Below are positions 36,142 to 46,049 of a stretch of DNA of 64,000 nucleotides, piece after piece. The stretch covers positions 1,345-65,344 of the forward strand of contig JBDRHE010000072.1 in the NCBI GenBank assembly GCA_043817155.1, read 5' to 3'. The translations under genes and the position numbers were made by a program. Numbering within the stretch: the stretch's first letter is position 1; every line of letters starts with the position of its first letter. The notes beneath the pieces were generated by a model. It made no database searches. It was not told where the DNA came from and saw nothing but the letters and a program-made list of their open reading frames with translations. This stretch comes from Candidatus Omnitrophota bacterium. Lineage in GTDB: Bacteria > Omnitrophota > Gorgyraeia > JABMRN01 > RBG-13-46-9.

Positions 36142-38085
36142 ATGGAGAAGTTCAAAGTTACATTTAAACCGGGCAACAAGATTGCCGAAGCAAAGAAGGG
36201 CGCGGATCTTCTTTCGGCCGCGGTCTCTTGCGGTGTATTCATAAATTCAAGTTGCGGCGGTGAAGGTGTTTGCGGAAGGTGCAAAGTCGTGATCAAGAAG
36301 GGCGACTTTAAGACCGAGCCTACCGGGAGGGTGTTACCGGAAGAGAGAAAGAAAGGCGTTGTCCTTGCGTGTCTTACGACGGTCGAAGGAGACCTCGAAG
36401 TATTTGTTCCGAAGGAATCCAGGCTCGATCTTGGTAAGATCAAGGATGAGGACGCAAGGCTTCATAGACTAAAGGGCGTATATTCCGAAGCGGTCGAGAT
36501 CGATAAAGGAAGGCCGATCATAAACGAAGACCTGTTTACCCATAGCCCGATATCGACAAAGATCTATACGGAGCTCCCGCAACCGACACTGGATGACAGC
36601 GTAAGTGATTATGAAAGATTGATAAGGGAGATAAAGGAGAAGCACAACGTACCTGTCGTACAGACGGGCCTAAGAAACATAAGAAAGCTTGGCAGCCTAC
36701 TTCGTCATAGCGATTGGAAGGTTACAGCGACCCTCGGCAAGAGGAACGAAACTACCGAGGTTGTGATAATCGAGCCGGGGGATACTTCAAAAGAGAATTA
36801 TGGCATCGCTTTTGATATAGGCACGACTACGGTTTCGGGGCAGCTTGTGAACCTGAATACCAAAGAGGTTCTTGGCACAAAGGCTACCTATAACAAACAG
36901 ATAGTCTTTGGCGACGATGTGATCACGCGGATAGTATTTGCAACCGAAGAGAGCGGCCTTGAACGTTTGCACCACGCTGTTATCGATAACATGAATTCTA
37001 TTATTCATGAATTGATCACTGAGCATAACATACCGTTAAACTGGGTAACGGGCGTTGTATGCGCCGGAAATACTACAATGATGCATCTCCTGCTTCGCGT
37101 GGACCCCACTCATATAAGGAGAGAACCCTATGTATCAACTGCGAATTTTGTACCGGTCGTAAGATCCGCGGAGGTCGGTATTAAAGTTCACCCCAGGGGG
37201 CTGCTTGCTTGTATACCGGGGGTTAGTACCTATGTCGGAGGCGATATAGTTGCCGGTGTAGTGGCCTGTGGCATTAATAGGAGTGAACAACTTACACTGC
37301 TTATAGATATCGGTACAAACGGTGAGATGGCGCTTGGCAATAAAGAATGGATGGCATGCTGTTCAGCGAGCGCAGGACCGGCTTTTGAAGGCACCGGGGT
37401 TTCGTGTGGGATGAGGGCAATGGATGGCGCGATAGAGAAAGTCGAGATTGGTTCTGATCTTGAATCAAGGACCCGGACCATTAAGAACGCAAAGCCAATG
37501 GGGATTTGCGGTTCAGGATATATATCGCTCATCTCCGAGATGTTTAAAAGAAAGATCATAAAGCGGGATGGCAAATTGAACGACGATCTTAAAACAGAGC
37601 GCATCAGGGTGTCGAATGATGAGCTTGAATACGTGGTCGTCTTTAAGAAGGATGCGTGCTGTGATTATGACATCGTGATCAAGGAGTCCGATATTGAAAA
37701 TATTAAAAGGTCAAAAGGCGCGATCTATTCAGCGGCATACATACTGGTTAAAAAGTTCGATCTGACTTTTGACCAGATCGATAAGGTATATATCGCAGGT
37801 GGATTTGGGACGTTTCTCGATATAGATTGCGCTGTATCCATAGGACTTTTACCGGATATCGAGAGAGGTAAATTCCAATTTGTAGGAAACAGCTCTCTAA
37901 TAGGATCGAGAGAGATCCTGCTGTCTTATGATACAATGAAGAAGGCCGAAGAGATCGCCAGGAAGATGACATATATCGAGCTTAGCAAGGACCCCGGCTA
38001 CATGGATGAATATGTTTCGAGCCTCTTCTTCCCGCATACGGACCTCGAACGGTTTCCGAGCGTGAAGAAGGGAAGATCTGCTTGA
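36142..38085 (+). CDS. Reductive activator of the corrinoid iron-sulfur protein (RACo/AcsV). 2Fe-2S ferredoxin domain plus ASKHA ATPase.
   Basis: N-terminal CGGEGVCGRCKV plant-type ferredoxin motif and an FDIGTTTV ASKHA phosphate-1 motif. 647 aa. Confidence 0.8.
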   Translation: MEKFKVTFKPGNKIAEAKKGADLLSAAVSCGVFINSSCGGEGVCGRCKVVIKKGDFKTEPTGRVLPEERKKGVVLACLTTVEGDLEVFVPKESRLDLGKIKDEDARLHRLKGVYSEAVEIDKGRPIINEDLFTHSPISTKIYTELPQPTLDDSVSDYERLIREIKEKHNVPVVQTGLRNIRKLGSLLRHSDWKVTATLGKRNETTEVVIIEPGDTSKENYGIAFDIGTTTVSGQLVNLNTKEVLGTKATYNKQIVFGDDVITRIVFATEESGLERLHHAVIDNMNSIIHELITEHNIPLNWVTGVVCAGNTTMMHLLLRVDPTHIRREPYVSTANFVPVVRSAEVGIKVHPRGLLACIPGVSTYVGGDIVAGVVACGINRSEQLTLLIDIGTNGEMALGNKEWMACCSASAGPAFEGTGVSCGMRAMDGAIEKVEIGSDLESRTRTIKNAKPMGICGSGYISLISEMFKRKIIKRDGKLNDDLKTERIRVSNDELEYVVVFKKDACCDYDIVIKESDIENIKRSKGAIYSAAYILVKKFDLTFDQIDKVYIAGGFGTFLDIDCAVSIGLLPDIERGKFQFVGNSSLIGSREILLSYDTMKKAEEIARKMTYIELSKDPGYMDEYVSSLFFPHTDLERFPSVKKGRSA

Positions 38086-38124
38086 TCAATTAGAAGGGAG
38101 TCTGTTACCGAACACAAACATCGT

Positions 38125-38214
38125 GTCATTCCCGTGTTTTCCCACATGTCATCCCCGCGTAAGCGGGGATCCAGACGAGGCCCACCATGGATTCCCGCTT
38201 CCGCGGGAATGACA
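38125..38214. repeat. Family B element, copy B7, with a partial duplicated left end.
   Basis: GTGTCATTCCCGTGTTTTCCCACA + TGTCATCCCCGCGTAAGCGGGGATCCAG...ATGGATTCCCGCTTCCGCGGGAATGACA. Confidence 0.85.
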
Positions 38215-38278
38215 GAGTTAGATGTGGATGACAAAGGGATAAATATGGTTTTGGCAACAAATTCGAAAGAAATTAATT

Positions 38279-39034
38279 ATGGGTCAGATAATAGCTATAG
38301 CCGGTAAGGGTGGCACCGGAAAGACTACGCTGGCGAGCTTAATCGTAAGAACGCTAAAGGAGCAGAATTCAGGGTCCATTCTTGCTATAGACGCAGATCC
38401 CAATAACACCCTTGGGCAGACGTTGGGCGTAAAGGATATATCTACAATAGTGGAGATCGTTGATAATATTTCAAAGAATCTGTCAGAGATCCCGGCCGGT
38501 ATGACAAAGGATAGATTTCTGGATATGAAGATCCAGGAATCCATAAATGAGGAGCCGGGTTTCGATCTATTAAGTATGGGTAGGCCCGAGGGTCCGGGAT
38601 GTTACTGTTTTATCAATAACCTGCTGCGCGATCTCATAGAGAGGCTTATGAAGAACTACTCGTATATTATCGTGGATAACGAAGCCGGTATGGAGCATCT
38701 TTCCCGCAGGCTTGTTCGCAAGATCGACAGACTTTTTATGACAAGCGACAGTTCCATAATAGGCATAAGATCCGCTGCCAGGATATCTAAGCTTATCGAT
38801 GATCTGAACATAACGGTAAAGGACCGGGGACTCGTACTAAATAAGTTAAAAGTCGGACGGGATACGCTAAATAAAGAGATAGAGAGATCGGGGCTTGAAA
38901 TGATAACAACCCTGCCGTTTGACGAAGAGATTGAGGTCGCTGCCATAGGAGAGAGATCTATATTCGAGATAGCGAGCGAGAACAGGCTTTTAAATTTGGT
39001 AAAGGATCATTTCAAACTTGCGGTAACAAAATAA
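38279..39034 (+). CDS. acsF: ACS/CODH accessory Ni-insertion ATPase of the CooC/AcsF family (second paralog).
   Basis: IAIAGKGGTGKTT Walker A motif and CYC motif. MinD/ParA fold. Confidence 0.8.
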   Translation: MGQIIAIAGKGGTGKTTLASLIVRTLKEQNSGSILAIDADPNNTLGQTLGVKDISTIVEIVDNISKNLSEIPAGMTKDRFLDMKIQESINEEPGFDLLSMGRPEGPGCYCFINNLLRDLIERLMKNYSYIIVDNEAGMEHLSRRLVRKIDRLFMTSDSSIIGIRSAARISKLIDDLNITVKDRGLVLNKLKVGRDTLNKEIERSGLEMITTLPFDEEIEVAAIGERSIFEIASENRLLNLVKDHFKLAVTK

Positions 39035-39041
39035 GGAGCGG

Positions 39042-40016
39042 ATGATGGAGTTATTAAAAGAGGCGCACGCAAACAAGGTCAATACAGTTACTATAGGCGC
39101 TACCGGGACGGAAGGCGGAACAAGGGATTCAAAAGTCATAGCCGGAGGCGAAAGCACGCTACCGTATCTCTTTAAAGAAGGCCAGATGCCCAACGAGCCG
39201 GTCATAGCCATGGAGATCCTGGACATAGAGCCGGAGGATTGGCCGGAGACCCTTAAGAGACCTTTTGGCGACGTTTTAAAGGACCCGGTTAAATGGGCTG
39301 TAAAATGCGTTGAAGAATATAAGGTAAGCATTTTATGCGTCAAATTACAGGGAACACACCCGGATTTCGGCAGCAGGTCCGCGGATGATGCAGGAAAGCT
39401 CATCAAGGATATATTGCAGGCGGTAAAGGTGCCGCTTATAATATTGGGCTCGGGTGATAATGAAAAAGACAACGTAGTTCTGGCAAAAGCAAGCCAGGTT
39501 CTGAAAGGAGAAAGGGCTCTTTTGGGCGATGCTACCGAGAAGAATTATAAGACGCTTACGGCAAGCTGCCTGGCTGACGGGCACAACATAATTGCGGAGT
39601 CCCCGATAGATATTAACATAGCCAAACAGGCCAATATCCTTATAAGCGAGATGGGTTTTCCACTCGAGAGAATCGTTATAAATCCAACTATAGGCGCGCT
39701 TGGATACGGCATGGAATACGCATACTCCATAATGGAGCGCGCAAGGAATGCTGCTTTAATAGGCGATAAGATGCTAGCCATGCCTTTTGTATGCTTTATA
39801 GGAAATGAAGCGTGGCGGGCAAAGGAAGCAAAGTCTACGGCCAGAGAGCACCCCGATTGGGGTGACGAATATTCAAGAGGCGTTCTTTGGGAGATAGAGA
39901 CCGCTTGCTGCATGCTTCAGGCGGGGGGAGACATACTTATAATGCGCCATCCGAAAGCGGTCGAGGAGACGAGGAAGTATATTGCTAAGCTGATGGGTCC
40001 GAAAGATAAAGTTTAG
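39042..40016 (+). CDS. acsD: Corrinoid iron-sulfur protein small subunit (AcsD/CdhD).
   Basis: TIM-barrel CFeSP delta-type subunit. 324 aa. AAGGAG ribosome-binding site. Confidence 0.85.
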   Translation: MMELLKEAHANKVNTVTIGATGTEGGTRDSKVIAGGESTLPYLFKEGQMPNEPVIAMEILDIEPEDWPETLKRPFGDVLKDPVKWAVKCVEEYKVSILCVKLQGTHPDFGSRSADDAGKLIKDILQAVKVPLIILGSGDNEKDNVVLAKASQVLKGERALLGDATEKNYKTLTASCLADGHNIIAESPIDINIAKQANILISEMGFPLERIVINPTIGALGYGMEYAYSIMERARNAALIGDKMLAMPFVCFIGNEAWRAKEAKSTAREHPDWGDEYSRGVLWEIETACCMLQAGGDILIMRHPKAVEETRKYIAKLMGPKDKV

Positions 40017-40040
40017 TGGATAGCGCATAAAGGAGGCTAA

Positions 40041-40829
40041 ATGCTAGTAATAGGCGAGCTAATAAATGGGATGTACAAGGATATCGGTAGAGCCATAAAA
40101 GAGCGCGATAAAGCCGGTATTCAAAAGTCGGCCATCGAGCAGGTGGCAGCCGGAGCCGGGATGCTCGACGTAAATACAGGACCTTATGAGAAGAACCCGA
40201 AAGACGCGATGAAGTGGCTCGTCGAAACGATCCAGGAGGTAACCGATGTGCCGCTCGCGCTCGATAGCACTAAACCTGAAGTGATAGAAGAGGGTCTTAA
40301 GATCGTAAAGAAGAAGGCGATGATCAATTCGACGAACTCCGATGACAGTAAACTGGATGTGCTTGTACCGATGGCAAAGAAGTACAATGCATCTCTCATC
40401 GGTCTTACCATGGGAAAGAGTGGTATCCCGCGTGACAGAAATGAGAGGATGGAGCACGCGGTAAAGATGGTAACGAAGTGCCAGGAAGTGGGGCTTCCGA
40501 TGAGCGACTTTTATATAGATCCTATAGTGCTTCCTGTGAACGTAGCCCAGGCGCAGGCAAAAGAGGTGCTGGAATCGATCAAAGAATTTAAGTTTCTATG
40601 TGACCCGGCCCCAAATACCGTAGTAGGCTTAAGTAATGCTTCTCAGAGCACAAAGGAGAGGCCTATTATAAACAGGACGTATCTTGTAATGGCAATAGCA
40701 AGTGGATTATCCGCAGCTATATTGGACCCGCTTGACAAAGACCTCATGGACGCCGCAATAACGGCGGAACTCATTTTGAACAAGAATATATATTGTGACT
40801 CTTTCTTGAACGCATATAAAACAAAATAG
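40041..40829 (+). CDS. acsE: Methyltetrahydrofolate:corrinoid iron-sulfur protein methyltransferase (AcsE). Pterin-binding domain.
   Basis: DHPS-like pterin-binding fold with ALDSTKPEV and INST motifs. AGGAGG ribosome-binding site. Confidence 0.85.
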   Translation: MLVIGELINGMYKDIGRAIKERDKAGIQKSAIEQVAAGAGMLDVNTGPYEKNPKDAMKWLVETIQEVTDVPLALDSTKPEVIEEGLKIVKKKAMINSTNSDDSKLDVLVPMAKKYNASLIGLTMGKSGIPRDRNERMEHAVKMVTKCQEVGLPMSDFYIDPIVLPVNVAQAQAKEVLESIKEFKFLCDPAPNTVVGLSNASQSTKERPIINRTYLVMAIASGLSAAILDPLDKDLMDAAITAELILNKNIYCDSFLNAYKTK

Positions 40830-40867
40830 CCATAAGCTGTAAGCTTTAAGCCATAAGCGGAATAAAG

Positions 40868-41284
40868 ATGGTTATAACTGAATACATAAAACTAAAGTCG
40901 CGTGGCGAGACGGATATAATAAATATAACCGATGACGTTGCAGGCGCCCTCGAGAAGGCAAAACCGAAGAACGGCATTGTTACCGTATTTGTTTCCGGAG
41001 CAACGGGAGGCCTTACCACGGTAGAGTATGAGCCGGGGCTTGTCAGTGACCTGAAGAGCGCTTTTGAGAAGTTGGCCCCTCGCGACGCGGAATATGTCCA
41101 TAATCTGAGATGGGCCGACGGAAATGGTTTTTCACATGTGAGGGCCTCGCTATTAGGGCCATCTCTAACCGTTCCTTTCACAAACAAGAGACTAACGCTC
41201 GGCACCTGGCAGCAGATCATATTTATAGATTTCGATAATAGGCCCAGGACGAGAGAGATAGTTGTACAGATAATGGGAGAATAA
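40868..41284 (+). CDS. YjbQ/UPF0047 family protein (secondary thiamine-phosphate synthase-like).
   Basis: 138 aa. Conserved GTWQ and HVRASLLGPS motifs. Confidence 0.7.
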   Translation: MVITEYIKLKSRGETDIINITDDVAGALEKAKPKNGIVTVFVSGATGGLTTVEYEPGLVSDLKSAFEKLAPRDAEYVHNLRWADGNGFSHVRASLLGPSLTVPFTNKRLTLGTWQQIIFIDFDNRPRTREIVVQIMGE

Positions 41285-41312
41285 AGGGAGCGCCAGAGCA
41301 CTTGTTTCTTCT

Positions 41313-41487
41313 CTCGTCTTTGCGAGGTGCCGTAAAAAGCTAGCGCACCGAAGCAATCTCCGACTAGCTCGAATGAGATTGCCTGCCTGCCCGCCAAAGC
41401 TTTTAAATGGCAGGCGGGCCTGCCAGTATATTTCGGGCAGGCAGGCTTCGGCACACTCGAATCTTACGGTGCCTCGCAAAGACGAAG
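41313..41487. repeat. Family C element, full copy C4.
   Basis: CTCGTCTTTGCGAGGTGCCGTAAAAAGCTAGCGCACCGAAGCAATCTC...GATTGCCTGCCTGCCCG...GGCAGGCGGGCC...CGGGCAGGCAGGCTTCGGCACACTCGAATCTTACGGTGCCTCGCAAAGACGAAG. Confidence 0.85.
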
Positions 41488-41513
41488 TAACTTTAAACGC
41501 GAGAGTAAAAACC

Positions 41514-42806
41514 ATGAAGCCAATATTACAGTTAGCGCTGGATTTCGTTAATTTGAAAAGAGCCCTTAAGGTCGCTGAAGAGGCCATGAAGGGCGGTGTC
41601 GATTGGCTTGAGGTCGGCACTCCGCTTATAAAGAGCGAAGGGCTTGACGCTATAAGAGAGCTAAGAAAAAGATTCCCGAAAATCAAGATAGTCGCCGATA
41701 TGAAGATAATGGATGCCGGGAGGATCGAAACCGAGGCCGCGGCCAAAGCAGGGGCAAACGTAGTCTGTGTTCTCGCGGTTGCTTCCGATAGCACCATACG
41801 TGAATGTGTTGAAGCAGGCCGGAACTATGGAGCAGAGATAGAAGCGGATTTAATAGGAATAGAAGCGAGCCGCCTGGAGTCGAGGGCGAAGGACCTGGAG
41901 AAGCTGGGGGTACACTATATAGGTATGCATATAGCCATCGATGATCAGATGAGAGGAGAGAATCCTTTTCTCAAGCTGAGCAAAATAGCAAAAGCTGTTA
42001 AGATCCCTGTCGCCTGCGCAGGAGGCGTAAACTCTGAGACGGCTTTCAAAGCGATCAACGCCGGCGCCGATATAATAATTGTAGGAGGAGCCATAAGCAA
42101 GGCTAAGAACCCGACAAAAGCCGCGCGGGATATAAAAAGATCCATAGAAAAACGGAGGGCCATAAAGACTAAACTTTTCAAGCGGGTTGGCGCGGGCGAT
42201 GTTAGGAAGATCTTAAGAGAGGTATCCACATCAAATATTTCAGATGCAATGCACAGAACCGGTAGCCTGCCGGAGCTCTATCCTATTTCAAGGGGATTTA
42301 AGATGGTTGGTCCGGCATTTACGGTTCGCACCTTTCCGGGGGATTGGGCGAAGACTGTTCAAGCCGTCGATATGGCCGATAAAGGACAGGTTATCGTTAT
42401 AGACGCAGGCGGCGTAGGCCCTGCAGTATGGGGTGAGCTCGCAACACATGGCGCCATTCAGAGAAGACTTGCAGGTGTTGTGATCTATGGAGCGGTAAGG
42501 GATGTAGCGGAGATAAGAAAATTAAATTTTCCGGTATTTTCCAAACTTATAACTCCTGTCGCGGGCGAGCCCAAAGGATTCGGAGAACTGGGCGCACCGG
42601 TATCGATAGGCGGCGTGAGAGTCTGTAACGGCGATTGGATAGTAGGTGATGATGACGGGGTAGTCTCTATACCCAAAGACAGGACGGTCGAGATCACAAA
42701 CCGGGCCATGAGCGTCTTAGAGCAGGAGAACAGGCTAAGAGAAGAGATCGACCGGGGTTCTACCTTGGCTCAGGTGGTTGAACTCCTGCGGTGGGAGAAG
42801 AAGTAA
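41514..42806 (+). CDS. Fusion protein: 3-hexulose-6-phosphate synthase-like (OMP decarboxylase fold) N-terminal domain plus RraA/MenG-like C-terminal domain.
   Basis: N-terminus LQLALDFVNLKRAL...IKIVADMKIMDAG (HPS/KGPDC-like). C-terminus GELATHGAIQRRLAGVVIYGAVRD (RraA family). The track ORF starts inside repeat C4. Confidence 0.65.
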   Translation: MKPILQLALDFVNLKRALKVAEEAMKGGVDWLEVGTPLIKSEGLDAIRELRKRFPKIKIVADMKIMDAGRIETEAAAKAGANVVCVLAVASDSTIRECVEAGRNYGAEIEADLIGIEASRLESRAKDLEKLGVHYIGMHIAIDDQMRGENPFLKLSKIAKAVKIPVACAGGVNSETAFKAINAGADIIIVGGAISKAKNPTKAARDIKRSIEKRRAIKTKLFKRVGAGDVRKILREVSTSNISDAMHRTGSLPELYPISRGFKMVGPAFTVRTFPGDWAKTVQAVDMADKGQVIVIDAGGVGPAVWGELATHGAIQRRLAGVVIYGAVRDVAEIRKLNFPVFSKLITPVAGEPKGFGELGAPVSIGGVRVCNGDWIVGDDDGVVSIPKDRTVEITNRAMSVLEQENRLREEIDRGSTLAQVVELLRWEKK

Positions 42807-42844
42807 GGACAGACTAACCAGAGCACCGGAGTAATTGGCTCTCT

Positions 42845-42984
42845 CCTCGTCTTTGCGAGGTGCCGTAACATAGTTAGCGCACCGAAGCAATCTCAGACTA
42901 GCTCGAATGAGATTGCCTGCCTGCCCGTATATTTCGGGCAGGCAGGCTTCGGCACGCTCGAATTTTACGGTGCCTCGCAAAGAC
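42845..42984. repeat. Family C element, copy C5.
   Basis: CCTCGTCTTTGCGAGGTGCCGTAACATAGTTAGCGCACCGAAGCAATCTCAGACTAGCTCGAATGAGATTGCCTGCCTGCCCGTATATTTCGGGCAGGCAGGCTTCGGCACGCTCGAATTTTACGGTGCCTCGCAAAGAC. Confidence 0.85.
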
Positions 42985-43024
42985 ATGTGTACTAACTTGA
43001 GCGATAAGGAGTAAAAAACAGATT

Positions 43025-44131
43025 GTGGCGAAACCGTTACGCATATTCATATCAGCGACCTTACAGAATACAGGCAAGACCACCTTCTCGCTCGGGCTTA
43101 TAGCCGCGCTTCTTAAGCGATTCAAGAATATAGGTTTTATTAAACCGATCGGGCAACGCTATCTGATGGAGCAAGGATTTAAGATAGACGAAGACTCGGT
43201 TCTGCTCGACAAAATATTTAATTTAGCCTCCAATCTTAATATAAAAGATCTCTCTCCTATTGCCGTTGAGAGAGGTTTTACCGAGAAGTATATCGAAGGT
43301 GTATCTTCAGGAGATTATGTAAAGGAGATAAAGGATTCGTTTGACAGGGTTGCAGAAGGTAAGGACCTTGTAATAATTGAGGGAACCGGTCATGCGGGGG
43401 TAGGGTCAGTATTCGATCTATCCAATGCCACGGTAGCGAAACTGCTGAATGCAAAAACCGTGCTTATTGCGCCCGGCGGTATTGGAAGACCGATAGACGA
43501 GGTTATGCTAAATAAGGCGCTCTTTGATAAAGAGAATGTTGAACTTGCAGGCGTGGTTGTAAATAAAGTGCTTCCAGAGAAGCTCGATAAGATAGATAAA
43601 TATGTAAGGATGGGATTTGAGAAGAAGGGATTGTCGGTCCTGGGAGTCATGCCCTACCATAAGAGCCTCGATCTTCCCACCATGAGGGAGATATACGGAG
43701 AGATCAAGATAAAGCTTATATGCGGCGGATCCTATTTAGACAATGCGGTAAACAGGATATTGATCGGAGCTATGGAGGTGAAGGAGGCGCTTAAATATGT
43801 AGTGGATAGGTCCCTCATAATAACTCCATGCGATCGTGACGATATAATATCTGCGATGATAGAGGTCCAAAGGTGTAGGATGGATAAGAGATGCAGTATA
43901 TCGGGAATGATCCTGTCAGGAGGCGTAGAACCGCCGGCAGAGACGATCAAACTTCTTGAAAAGAACCGGATCCCCACGCTTCTTGCCGAAGGCGATACAT
44001 ATTCAATCGCAGCCAGGGTACACAACATGAAAGTTAAGATTAAACCCGAAGATAAACTAAAAATTGATATAATAGTTAAGATGGTGAGCAAGTACGTGGA
44101 TGTGGATAAGATCGTGGAGAGTATAAGTTAA
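43025..44131 (+). CDS. DRTGG-domain protein resembling the N-terminal (non-catalytic) part of phosphotransacetylase (P-loop CobQ/MinD-like domain plus DRTGG domain).
   Basis: GTG start with an AGGAG ribosome-binding site. C-terminal DRDDIISAMI (DRTGG-like) motif. Confidence 0.55.
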   Translation: MAKPLRIFISATLQNTGKTTFSLGLIAALLKRFKNIGFIKPIGQRYLMEQGFKIDEDSVLLDKIFNLASNLNIKDLSPIAVERGFTEKYIEGVSSGDYVKEIKDSFDRVAEGKDLVIIEGTGHAGVGSVFDLSNATVAKLLNAKTVLIAPGGIGRPIDEVMLNKALFDKENVELAGVVVNKVLPEKLDKIDKYVRMGFEKKGLSVLGVMPYHKSLDLPTMREIYGEIKIKLICGGSYLDNAVNRILIGAMEVKEALKYVVDRSLIITPCDRDDIISAMIEVQRCRMDKRCSISGMILSGGVEPPAETIKLLEKNRIPTLLAEGDTYSIAARVHNMKVKIKPEDKLKIDIIVKMVSKYVDVDKIVESIS

Positions 44132-44187
44132 GCATCTAAAATTAACAGCTTGGATTTTAAAATCACTACTGATTAAAATACCCTTTT

Positions 44188-44276
44188 TGTCATTCCCGGA
44201 CCGATCTTGCGGTCTAAACTCCAGCGGGAATCCATAGTGGGGCTCGCCTGGATCCCCGCTTCCGCGGGGATGACAT
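44188..44276. repeat. Family B element, copy B8 (long-left-arm subtype).
   Basis: TGTCATTCCCGGACCGATCTTGCGGTCTAAACTCCAGCGGGAATCCATAG...CTGGATCCCCGCTTCCGCGGGGATGACA. Confidence 0.85.
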
Positions 44277-44403
44277 GTGGGACAGAGCGGGCATGATAGG
44301 AATTCGTATATCAGAATACTATTTCCGTCTTTACAGTGCTATTAATTTAAACACGAGTGTTATAAAGTATCAATTTAATTTTTCTATTTTTAGGAGGTAA
44401 AAA

Positions 44404-45390
44404 ATGAAGATTCTACTTACAGGCGGCGCCGGCTTCATCGGAAGCTGTATGTTATGGAGATTGAACAATGCCGGCATCACAGATATAGTCGTTGTTGATC
44501 ATCTCGGCCAGTCGGCTAAATGGAAGAACCTGGTAGGGAAGAGGTTTGACGATTACCTCGAAAAGGATAAGCTTTTCGATAAACTGGAAAGAGGTAGCCT
44601 CGGCCGGAAGGTGGATACCATAATCCATTTTGGAGCGTGTTCTTCCACTACCGAACAGAACGCCTCGTATATGATGGAGAATAACTATATCTATTCAAGA
44701 AGGCTTGCCGAATGGGCTCTGGCAAATAACAAGCCATTTTTGTATGCCTCAAGCGCGGCAACGTACGGGTCCGGCGAGCACGGATATTCAGACAACGACG
44801 AGGATACCCCGGATCTCAAGCCACTTAATATCTACGGTTATTCAAAGCATCTATTTGATCTCTGGATGCTGAAGAATGCATTGCAGGATAAGGTCGTAGG
44901 CTTTAAATTCTTTAATGTCTTCGGTCCCAACGAGGGGCACAAGGGCGATATGAGAAGCATGGTCAATAAAGGGTATCAGCAGATAAAATCGACCGGCAAG
45001 ATCCGGCTCTTCAAATCAAATATACCTGAATGCAAAGATGGCGGCCAGAAAAGGGATTTCATATATGTAAAGGACGCTGTTGAGCTGGTCTACCATTTTA
45101 TAGAGCATCCCACCAAGAAGGGCCTATATAACATAGGTTCGGGGAAGGCGAGCACGTGGAACGACCTGGCTAATGCTCTGTTCAAAGCTTTAGATATTAA
45201 GCCTAAGATAGAGTACTTCGATATGCCCGAAGTCTTACGCGACAAATACCAGAATTTCACAGAAGCGAACCTTGCCAAGTTAAAGGAGGCAAATGCAGCG
45301 CATAAATACTTTGACTTGCACGATTTTACAAGTCTGGAGGATGCGGTAAAGGAGTATGTGAGGTTCTTGGAGAAGGACGAATATTTATAA
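44404..45390 (+). CDS. hldD: ADP-L-glycero-D-manno-heptose 6-epimerase-like NAD-dependent epimerase.
   Basis: ILLTGGAGFIGS Rossmann motif, catalytic YGYSK motif, and about 320 aa. AGGAGG ribosome-binding site. Confidence 0.7.
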   Translation: MKILLTGGAGFIGSCMLWRLNNAGITDIVVVDHLGQSAKWKNLVGKRFDDYLEKDKLFDKLERGSLGRKVDTIIHFGACSSTTEQNASYMMENNYIYSRRLAEWALANNKPFLYASSAATYGSGEHGYSDNDEDTPDLKPLNIYGYSKHLFDLWMLKNALQDKVVGFKFFNVFGPNEGHKGDMRSMVNKGYQQIKSTGKIRLFKSNIPECKDGGQKRDFIYVKDAVELVYHFIEHPTKKGLYNIGSGKASTWNDLANALFKALDIKPKIEYFDMPEVLRDKYQNFTEANLAKLKEANAAHKYFDLHDFTSLEDAVKEYVRFLEKDEYL

Positions 45391-45393
45391 TAA

Positions 45394-45471
45394 TTGATTA
45401 CACTGATTTATTATTGATTACACGGATTGGGGAATTGATTACACTGATTTAATATTGATTACACTGATTGA
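45394..45471 (+). repeat. Tandem direct-repeat array E1: four copies of TTGATTACAC(T/G)GATT with a 20-21-bp period.
   Basis: Units at 45394, 45414, 45435 and 45455. Begins 4 nt after the hldD stop and ends 18 nt before the ATG of the flavodoxin-like gene. Confidence 0.85.
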
Positions 45472-45488
45472 TAAGGCTAGAGGTTGAG

Positions 45489-46049
45489 ATGAAAGTTTTA
45501 GGCATTAGTGGAAGTCCCAGGATAGGTGGGAATACGGATGTGCTTTTAGAAAAAGCGCTCGAAGGCGCACGGAGTTCGGGAGCCGAGACCGAGAAGATCA
45601 TATTAAATAGCTTAAATATGGTTCCGTGCCAGGAATGCGTTAAGGTGGAGAATGACGGCACGTGCCAGATAGAGGATGATTTTCAGAACGTATACAAAAG
45701 TATTAAAGGCGCAGACACCGTGATACTGGCATCACCTATATTCTTCGGATCGCTCTCGGCCCAGACAAAGGTAATGATCGACAGGTTTCAGTGCCATTGG
45801 AGGTACAGGTATATTTTAAAGAAGATAACCGAAGAGAAGACCAGGCCCGGTCTTCTTATACTGGTGGAGGCATCGACCAGGGGGAGCTTTCTTGAAAATG
45901 CAAAATCTATCGTAAAGAATTTCTTTGCTACAGCGGGACTTAGTTACGCAGGTGAGCTTCTCTGCCAGGGCATTGATGAAAAGGGCGCTATCTTGTCCCA
46001 TCCGGATCTTTTAGATAAAGCGACAAAACTCGGCAAAGCACTTCTGTAG
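45489..46049 (+). CDS. NADPH-dependent FMN reductase / flavodoxin-like (iron-sulfur flavoprotein family) protein.
   Basis: MKVLGISGSPRIGGNT N-terminus and a CQEC motif, typical of the Isf/NADPH-FMN reductase fold. Confidence 0.65.
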   Translation: MKVLGISGSPRIGGNTDVLLEKALEGARSSGAETEKIILNSLNMVPCQECVKVENDGTCQIEDDFQNVYKSIKGADTVILASPIFFGSLSAQTKVMIDRFQCHWRYRYILKKITEEKTRPGLLILVEASTRGSFLENAKSIVKNFFATAGLSYAGELLCQGIDEKGAILSHPDLLDKATKLGKALL

